From assembly GCA_041742075.1 (NCBI GenBank), contig JBGSJJ010000010.1, positions 165 through 64,164 of the forward strand: a DNA stretch of 64,000 bases. The letters run 5' to 3'. The DNA comes from Minisyncoccia bacterium (GTDB taxonomy: Bacteria; Patescibacteriota; Minisyncoccia; Phycocordibacterales; UBA918). The position numbers were made by a program, and so were the translations under genes. This document shows, piece after piece, positions 57,183-64,000 of this stretch; positions within the stretch are counted from its first letter, which is position 1, and every line of letters starts with the position of its first letter. Under the pieces are notes generated by a model, which was not told the DNA's origin, did no database searches, and saw only the letters and a program-made list of their open reading frames with translations.

Positions 57183-58115
57183 TTATCCTAATAAGTCTCG
57201 GAGACTTCTTGTAAGTGTATCCCAGACTGATTTTTCTGTACACACAGTTGTGAGAGCTGACATATCGTACTCTGAAAGCTTTAGGTCAGCTGGTTGCTCT
57301 CCGATGAGGTAATACATGATTGATTGTCTACCTTCAACATGGTCAATCCCCAGGGCATGCCCGAGTTCATGGGCGAGAACCAGCACTAATTCAGCTTCAT
57401 TGGTAAACGTATACACGTTTATTTCGTTACCGCGGTAATCACCTTGGGTAAACTCGCGTGACCTCCCAAACGTCTCGTTGTACTCTCCCACCCCTCGGTT
57501 GTACGTCTCAACCAGGACATTGGCTTCTTTCCCTACCTGGTTTATGTTGTCGACTAGTTGATTAAGTTCACGCGCAGTACTACCTAACTCCCTTTGTTCT
57601 CGGTCAAGCTTAGTTCGCATGCGCTCAAGATCCTCATACACCTCAGGCGGTGCACCGCCATCGTTGTTATATGAAGCTACCAGGTTGTTGTACTTTGTGA
57701 GCTCTGCTTCGTATTCCGCGGAACGCGCTTCATACGCTCCTTTGAGGTCATCGTACTCAGCGGTCAGGGACTGGTACTTTTCCTGCAAGGCTTCGTTTAC
57801 ACTCTCCGCTTGGTTGAGTTTTTCTTGAAAACCAAACTCAGCCTCAGCTTGTTCCTGACGCTCATCAAATACAAAATTCACTTTGAAAGAACTTTCGGCG
57901 TCATAGGTAAACAATTCTTCCGAACCCATTTCCCAAACAGCTTCTGCTTCCCTCAGAACACTAAGTACGGCATCATTTGAAAGATTAAACCGCTCATCTA
58001 CCACACCTAGGCTATACGTAATCGGTACCTGACAAGGCACAAACCGACTGGCGTGAAAATACAGCGCAGACAAAATGACTGCAACTAAAAGTACGATTGA
58101 TAAGGACTGACGCAT
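57183..58115 (-). CDS. Matrixin (M10) family zinc metalloprotease with coiled-coil insert
   Basis: HELGHALGIDH...SIMY Met-turn; N-terminal signal/TM. Confidence 0.88.
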   Translation of the reverse strand: MRQSLSIVLLVAVILSALYFHASRFVPCQVPITYSLGVVDERFNLSNDAVLSVLREAEAVWEMGSEELFTYDAESSFKVNFVFDERQEQAEAEFGFQEKLNQAESVNEALQEKYQSLTAEYDDLKGAYEARSAEYEAELTKYNNLVASYNNDGGAPPEVYEDLERMRTKLDREQRELGSTARELNQLVDNINQVGKEANVLVETYNRGVGEYNETFGRSREFTQGDYRGNEINVYTFTNEAELVLVLAHELGHALGIDHVEGRQSIMYYLIGEQPADLKLSEYDMSALTTVCTEKSVWDTLTRSLRDLLG

Positions 58116-58278
58116 AGGCTTCTATAATACCAAGAAGAGTGGGGTTCGACATAACAAAAGCGGCGGCGAGCGGGGACCGTGAGTCGCGTCTCACAATCCC
58201 GGCTCGCCGCCGCTTCCCTCTAACTTACCTAGTATACCGTACTTTAAACAACCACATATGCCTGGGGTGTATAAATGA

Positions 58279-59973
58279 TTACTTATCGTTCAGTCGTTCC
58301 TGAATCTTCTTTCTCGAAAGCTGTTGGGCGGCGTTCATGCTGTGCTGGTAATAGAGTGACTTAATACCAAGCTTCCACGCCTTGATGTAGAGCTGGTTAA
58401 TGTCTTTTACCGGCGTGTCTGGTGGCACCATGACGTTGAGTGACTGGCCCTGGTCAATATAAGGCTGACGTTCAGCTGCTTGTTCAATGATCGCGTTTTG
58501 GTCAATCTCAGCAAAAGTTCTAAACACACTTTTTTCAACATCACTCAAACATTCAAGGTGTTGCACTGAGCCGTCATTATCGCGGATACTATCCCAAATC
58601 TCTTTCTTATCTTCCCCTTTTTCTTTGAGGAGGTCTTCGAGAAATGGGTTCTTAAGCGTCGTCTTCATCTTCTGTACATCTTTGGTGTAGCAGTTACTCC
58701 AGACTGGTTCAATCCCTTGTGATACTTGACCAAGAATAAATGCTGAGGAAGTCGTTGGGGCAATAGCGAGCAAGGTCGTGTTTCTTCGACCATACCCCTT
58801 AAGTACTTCTGGTTCACCAAACTGAGTGGCAAGTGCTTTGGTGGCTTCGTCGGCTTGGGCGCGAATTGTCTTAAACATTTCTACGTTCACCTTCTTAGCT
58901 TCAGCACTTTCAAACGGAATCAGGTTTGCTTGGAGGTACGAGTGGTACCCCAGTACACCAAGACCAAGTGCTCGGTTCGCTTTCGCAAAGTTGTACGCTC
59001 GCTCCATAAAAGTAAAGGCGAGGCGCTTTTCTTTATCTTCACTGTCACGCATCGCCTCGAGCTTTTCAATGAAGTCGGTCATGACCGTATCAAGGAATGA
59101 CACCATAGTTTCAATCAAGTCAGTGTCTTTCCAGGCGTCATAGTGGAGGAGGTTCACTGACGAGAGACAACAGACGAAGGACCATTCTGGTGAACTCGGG
59201 AGCATAATCTCACTGCACATGTTACTTGCGTGAATACGAAGCTTTTTGTCTTTATAGACATCCACCGTATTGTTGTTGGCATTGTCTGTATACAAAATAT
59301 ATGGATACCCCATCTGGCCCCGGCGCTGAATAACTTTTGCCCAGATACCACGCTTCTCTTCGTCGCCGTCAATCATCGACTGCAGCCACTCGTCTCCCAC
59401 CGTCACGCCGTGGGTGAGCTTTTGAATCGGGTTTCCCTCCATACCGATTTCCAAAAACTCGTGCACGTCAGGGTGCTCAAGTGGAAGGTATGGTGAAAGG
59501 TGTCCGCGACGAATGTGTCCCTGACTCACGACATCAACCAGCGTTTCAAACAGTTGCATGAAGTGTACCGAGCCAGAAGATTGACCGTTATCTGAAATGG
59601 ACTTCCCTCGGCCACGCAGTGCTCCAAAGTAGCCAGAACAACCACCACCAAACTTTGTCATCATGCCCACCTCTGCTTCGGTAAACAAAATACTCCCCAT
59701 GTTGTCGTCGACATAGGAACCAAAACAGCTGATAGGTAGTCCTCGCTTAGCACCAAAGTTTGACCACACTGGTGACGCCGGCGAAATCCAACCTTTTGAA
59801 AGATACTCGGTAAACTTTAGAGCAAAACCGGGACGATCTAAAATTTCCTCAGCGCGTTTAGCAATAATCGCAATCCGCTCGTCCGGTGTTTGCCCTTCAA
59901 GCAGGTAGCCACGCTCTAGAAAAAGCCGACTATTATCATTCAACCAGTACCACGGCTCAGTTCGGTTTTTCAT
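58279..59973 (-). CDS. nrdA: Ribonucleotide reductase class I alpha subunit (short, no ATP cone)
   Basis: GLPISCF, SNMCSEI, VCCLSS, AIAPT, KSLYY. Confidence 0.95.
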   Translation of the reverse strand: MKNRTEPWYWLNDNSRLFLERGYLLEGQTPDERIAIIAKRAEEILDRPGFALKFTEYLSKGWISPASPVWSNFGAKRGLPISCFGSYVDDNMGSILFTEAEVGMMTKFGGGCSGYFGALRGRGKSISDNGQSSGSVHFMQLFETLVDVVSQGHIRRGHLSPYLPLEHPDVHEFLEIGMEGNPIQKLTHGVTVGDEWLQSMIDGDEEKRGIWAKVIQRRGQMGYPYILYTDNANNNTVDVYKDKKLRIHASNMCSEIMLPSSPEWSFVCCLSSVNLLHYDAWKDTDLIETMVSFLDTVMTDFIEKLEAMRDSEDKEKRLAFTFMERAYNFAKANRALGLGVLGYHSYLQANLIPFESAEAKKVNVEMFKTIRAQADEATKALATQFGEPEVLKGYGRRNTTLLAIAPTTSSAFILGQVSQGIEPVWSNCYTKDVQKMKTTLKNPFLEDLLKEKGEDKKEIWDSIRDNDGSVQHLECLSDVEKSVFRTFAEIDQNAIIEQAAERQPYIDQGQSLNVMVPPDTPVKDINQLYIKAWKLGIKSLYYQHSMNAAQQLSRKKIQERLNDK

Positions 59974-60000
59974 AAGACAATCAGAAAGAAATAATAATCG

Positions 60001-61314
60001 TTAGAACAAATCAGCACTTGTAACACTCGTACTTCGCTTGTTGTAGTTAATTGAACGCTTGTTAAAGAAATCAGTGTGCTTGGTAGCAATAACTTCGTTA
60101 TCAAACCAATCTGTTTCTTCAAGAAGAGCTTGGTTCACATCGAAGATACGTGGAAGACCAATAGACGCCAGCGAGTTATTGAAACGATGCTTCACAAACT
60201 CTTTGACGTTGGTTGACGGTAAGAAATCAAGTTCACCAGCTTCATAAATCCAGTCAATTACCTTGCTTTCAGACCGAAACGCTTCTTCACAGGCTTCGAC
60301 AATCTTCGCCTTTGCTTCATCATCAAACCACCCTGGGTGTTCCTTTTTAATGATGTTAATAATATCGATTCCAAACAAGCCGTGAATTTGTTCTTCTTTA
60401 GAAGTCGCCTCAACCGCATTGCTGATTCCTTTGAAGATATCTTTATGTTTATTAAAAGACATAATCACCAGAAACTGTGAGAACAACGACACATGCTCAA
60501 TGAAGAGAGAAAACAAAAGCACGGAGTGCGCGTACTGCTTATTTTCGTCAGTGCGTGAGAGTGAAATCATCTTATCAAGATACGTCACCCGTTCTTGTAA
60601 AACTGGAATTTCTTTTATCTTGGCAAACTCGTCGTTCAGACCCAGTATCTCGAGTAAGTGTGAGTAGGCTTCCATGTGGCGCACTTCACTTTCTGCAAAT
60701 GTTGCCCCGACTGCACCAATTTCAGCCTTCGGCATTTTTTTATAGATGTCTCCCCAAAATGTTTTTACCGCCACCTCAATCTGCGCAATCGCGAGCATCG
60801 CGTTTTTGATAGCACTTCGCTCAACATCAGTCACGTTGACGTGGAAATCCTGTACGTCACTCGTGAATTTAAATTCAGTATGAATCCAGTATGAATGCCT
60901 GATAGCGTCAACGTATTCATGGAGCTCTGGATACTCATACGGCTTCATATGTACACGCTTCTTGAAAATGTCTCGTTCGCGTAACTTCTTACGTTCGTTA
61001 CGATAAATGATGTACGCCTTAGCGGTATCAAAGTAGCCAAGCTCCATCAGAGCTTCTTCGACTAGATCTTGAATCTCTTCCACAGAGGGATAGCCGTCCA
61101 CACACTTCTTTGCTTGCGGATCCCCTGCCTCTGCCGTGCCAGCTTGTACACACATGGCTACAACTTTTTGGTGTACGAGTTCGGCGACTTTGGCTGCATC
61201 TACTTCACCGCCCGCACTTGTTTCTTGAAGGGCTTTAAGGATTGCGTTTTCTACTTTTTTTATCGTGAACGGCTGAACTGAGCCATCTCGTTTTCGTATG
61301 TGTTGGATTTCCAT
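60001..61314 (-). CDS. nrdB: Ribonucleotide reductase beta subunit with N-terminal ATP cone
   Basis: IRKRDGS...VEEIQDLVE...AKAYIIYR ATP cone; ESEVRH, EHVSLFSQF, EEQIH, TDFF. Confidence 0.95.
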   Translation of the reverse strand: MEIQHIRKRDGSVQPFTIKKVENAILKALQETSAGGEVDAAKVAELVHQKVVAMCVQAGTAEAGDPQAKKCVDGYPSVEEIQDLVEEALMELGYFDTAKAYIIYRNERKKLRERDIFKKRVHMKPYEYPELHEYVDAIRHSYWIHTEFKFTSDVQDFHVNVTDVERSAIKNAMLAIAQIEVAVKTFWGDIYKKMPKAEIGAVGATFAESEVRHMEAYSHLLEILGLNDEFAKIKEIPVLQERVTYLDKMISLSRTDENKQYAHSVLLFSLFIEHVSLFSQFLVIMSFNKHKDIFKGISNAVEATSKEEQIHGLFGIDIINIIKKEHPGWFDDEAKAKIVEACEEAFRSESKVIDWIYEAGELDFLPSTNVKEFVKHRFNNSLASIGLPRIFDVNQALLEETDWFDNEVIATKHTDFFNKRSINYNKRSTSVTSADLF

Positions 61315-61797
61315 ATGAATGTTGAGTTGCTACTACTTAATAATCGTTATACTCGGTACCCGATTCAAGAAGGCTCTCTCACAAAAAGAACAGTATGGTG
61401 TATGTCCGTTTTTTTTAAGAAAGAATCCGACTGACTGTATTTTGGGTCGGGGCAACAACACACCATGTGGCTGAACATGGCTTTTGTAGTGCTCGCCGGC
61501 ACTACTCTGCGTGTCACCTCCCACTGACACACTCGTTGTGGAGTTAGCGAGTGATACCTAGATTGTAACGTGCTTAGTCAGCTTTTAAAAATAGCGCTCT
61601 AGTGTGCGGTTTTTAGCTTATTTAGCTCTACCGAGTATTAAAAAGTGAGTAAAATAAACCTTTTTATGAACACCCGTAAGAATTGGTCTGCTTGTCCGTC
61701 TGTGGATAGCAATTTACTATCCACCCCCGCAAGTCTTGCGCTCACAATTATAATTATGCATAGTACTGGCAAACCAGTTATTTGAGAGGAGCATGTC

Positions 61798-62235
61798 GTG
61801 AATCAGATGCGGACTATAAGCGACCCGCGCGTGGTATGCGAAGGGTTTGGAGTAGGTTTTCGCCGTGACAAAGACGGCGTAATCGTGTTTCCGCCTCGTG
61901 GTACACGAGGCTTGATTACTCGAAAGTATGACGGCCATGACGAGTTTATGCGCCGTCTCGCAACCACGGACGAATTCGATGACTGCCTCAGGCACGCGCA
62001 CCGCTATGAAAGCCCTCCCCCGGGCATTCTACCTCCGCCTTTTCCGCTTTTGGTGGTGCAATGTTTCTTTCTCCGAAATCTTCTCTGGCGCCACCAGGAA
62101 ACTCCAGGAGACAACTCACTCGCGCAGGCTATAGCGCGTATCTCAACCGCGCTTGGCGATGAGTACAGTCATGTGTTTGAGACCTGCTTCACGTCTGCAA
62201 CAGTTGAAATTAGCACGAGATTGTTAGCTCGGTGA
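61798..62235 (+). CDS. Hypothetical protein
   Basis: GAGGAG SD; terminator at 62243-62279. Confidence 0.55.
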   Translation: MNQMRTISDPRVVCEGFGVGFRRDKDGVIVFPPRGTRGLITRKYDGHDEFMRRLATTDEFDDCLRHAHRYESPPPGILPPPFPLLVVQCFFLRNLLWRHQETPGDNSLAQAIARISTALGDEYSHVFETCFTSATVEISTRLLAR

Positions 62236-62303
62236 ACGAGAACGGCCGAAGCGGGTCCCCCCGCTTCGGCCATTTTTTTAGCACGCGTAGGGTACGAATG
62301 TTT

Positions 62304-62702
62304 TTACTCAGCCTCTTGCCGACGCAGACTATCGCGTATCTCCATCAGGAGTTTCACTTCATCAGACGGTTCTGTTGCTTTTTCAATACTCTCCTTTTGC
62401 GCTTCAGATTTTTTCAATCGAGCTAACAGTTTAATGGCCAGGAAAATTACGAGGGCGACAATAACGAAATCAATCACACTCTGAATAAACACCCCATATT
62501 TTATAACTGCCCCATCGATAGAAAAAGCTTGGCCCGAAAAATCGATACCGCCCATCAGCAACCCCATACTCGGGGTAATAATATTTTCAACCAGTGACGT
62601 GACGATCTTTCCAAACGCCGCTCCAATCACGACCGCTACCGCTAAGTCGACTACGTTGCCTTTTACCGCAAAGGCTTTAAACTCTTGAATAAATTCTTTC
62701 AT
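62304..62702 (-). CDS. mscL: Large-conductance mechanosensitive channel
   Basis: [30 protein letters not shown]. Confidence 0.97.
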   Translation of the reverse strand: MKEFIQEFKAFAVKGNVVDLAVAVVIGAAFGKIVTSLVENIITPSMGLLMGGIDFSGQAFSIDGAVIKYGVFIQSVIDFVIVALVIFLAIKLLARLKKSEAQKESIEKATEPSDEVKLLMEIRDSLRRQEAE

Positions 62703-62729
62703 AAATATTTCTGTACCGATTACTCTACA

Positions 62730-62819
62730 CTAAAAAATAAGCTTGGCTACATAAAAACCAATCCCTGCCCCCAACACAAAGGTAAAAAAAACCGCTACCA
62801 TGAGTGCTTCTTTGTCCAT
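62730..62819 (-). CDS. 29-aa single-TM peptide (MDKEALMVAVFFTFVLGAGIGFYVAKLIF)
   Basis: TACAAT box 6 nt before ATG (leaderless-like); ends just upstream of mscL. Confidence 0.5.
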   Translation of the reverse strand: MDKEALMVAVFFTFVLGAGIGFYVAKLIF

Positions 62820-62937
62820 AGTTGTATTGTAGCGCACTCAAAAAACTTTTACACGACAGGCTCGACTTTTTGACTAAAAATAGGTATAACTGTCCACGAC
62901 GTGAAGTCAGCCGTCGGCAGACCTCACCGAACAAACT

Positions 62938-63013
62938 GGCGGCTATCGTATAACGGTTATTACTTCGGTTTGTGGTACCGGAAACCAGGGTTCGATTCCC
63001 TGTAGCCGCCCCA
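62938..63013 (+). tRNA. tRNA-His (GTG)
   Basis: G-GCGGCTA...TAGCCGC-C-CCA acceptor with G-1; anticodon loop TT-GTG-GT; T arm CAGGG-TTCGATT-CCCTG. Confidence 0.95.
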
Positions 63014-63902
63014 AGATAGAATGAGCTCAGCATAACGAGCATTTCGTGTTGCTACATCAAGGTTTTCTTCCAGTTCGATCCGCTTAAACTCAACTTCGAG
63101 AGCTGGATAGGCTTTTTCTATTGGAACGAACCAATCGTTCTTTGTTATCAACACATTTTTGTCTTTCAAGATATAGTTCTGACCAAGCGCAGCAAATATC
63201 TCACGCTTCTGCTGAATTGTTCCTACATAGAATTCTTTACGAGCATATCGTGCAAAGTTAAATGTTAGCTCAGTTAGTTCAAGCCACTTCTCTGCTCGAC
63301 ACTCTGTTGATTCAAGACCAAGTTTGAGCGTAACCAATTGACTCTTCAACGAATCACGCTGGCGAATAAACTCCTCATCATCAATTAAATTTCGGTAACG
63401 CATCTGTGTTAGCGTATCAAGCTCTTTTTGTGTTTGATTATAGGTACGCTGTTGCTGTTCGTATATTTTGGTCCGATCTGTTATCTCTTTATCGTTCTCA
63501 CGACTAATGATTTCAATCGCCCACTCCTGAAACTTTGGCAAGATCGTGAAGCGTTCCAATTCGATATCAACCTGACGCTCAAACTCATCCAATGTCAGTC
63601 TGTCTTGAGTACAGGTGTTTTTTCCTGCCTCATTCTTTTTCTTTCCTGTGCAGTGATAGTAGCTGTATGTCTTTAATTCTCCAGTCTTCTTCACAATCTT
63701 CTGCTTCACGGTACAAGTACACATACTGCCGCACTCACCGCACAATACGATGCCTGTAAATGCTGAATCATGCACTTGTCTTCGTGGCTTTCCCTTACGA
63801 CCAAGAATGATTTGTGCCTTGTCATACTCCTCAATACTAATCATCGGCTTGTGATTGCCTTTATACAGCGTCCCAGACCACTCAAAAAGTCCAGTGTAGA
63901 AC
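62960..63902 (-). pseudogene. C-terminal part of a large serine recombinase, interrupted by an IS
   Basis: FYTG...KGNHKPMIS, CGECG, YYHC zinc ribbon and coiled coil. The frame reads into the tRNA antisense, and the N-terminal catalytic domain is cut off at 63903. Confidence 0.8.
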
Positions 63903-64000
63903 TGAAAGGTACCCCTTTCTTTGCACACAGTTTCTAAAGTATTATCATTTAGAAACTAACTATGGCAAAGCAAGGATTTAGAATTGCAAAAGAAATTAAG
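63903..64000 (+). mobile_element. Left end of a probable IS3-family element; OrfA starts at 63962
   Basis: Begins TG (tgaaaggtacccctttctttgcacac) exactly where recombinase similarity stops. MAKQGFRIAKEIK resembles an IS3 OrfA N-terminus. Confidence 0.65.

Noticed and set aside
61700-61726. DnaA-box-like sites near nrdB (also at about 17003)
   Set aside because: Only imperfect, isolated matches; not enough for an origin or regulatory call.
63903-63928. Predicted N-terminus MCKERGTFQ of the recombinase ORF
   Set aside because: It derives from the IS end sequence rather than the recombinase.

Overview
Chromosomal window of a Patescibacteria/CPR bacterium. The gene set looks Parcubacteria-like (possibly Kaiserbacteria; inferred from gene content), and the translation code is standard. 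It opens with the 5' two-thirds of a stand-alone 23S rRNA gene (minus strand, no adjacent 16S) carrying three insertions, one with an SD-led ORF. Core genes are mscS, rplJ-rplL, ftsK, recA, an ECF sigma, efp, rpsF-ssb-rpsR, tatD, metG, glyQS, recO, ileS (with an inserted histidine-phosphatase domain), argS, secE-nusG-rplK and mscL. A dense dNTP cluster contains glyA, MazG-like, dut, tmk, thyX, dcd, nrdA and an ATP-cone nrdB. Accessory parts are a low-GC lipase/membrane-protein island next to a REP-flanked RAYT/HUH transposase, a palindrome-flanked TrpR-like cassette, many small SD-led orphan genes, four tandem degenerate Nudix-like genes, and an IS3-disrupted serine recombinase at tRNA-His. 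The most unusual signal is at rplL, rplK and nusG. Each ends in a 92-161 nt hairpin-rich insert: the last codons pair with their own reverse complement, and a second copy of the gene end (fully synonymous in rplL) follows downstream. A separate ~100-nt structured repeat (AGATGC...ACAAAGCAG) occurs four times, three of them against stop codons of translation-operon genes. All calls come from reading motifs by eye; no searches or folding programs were run.
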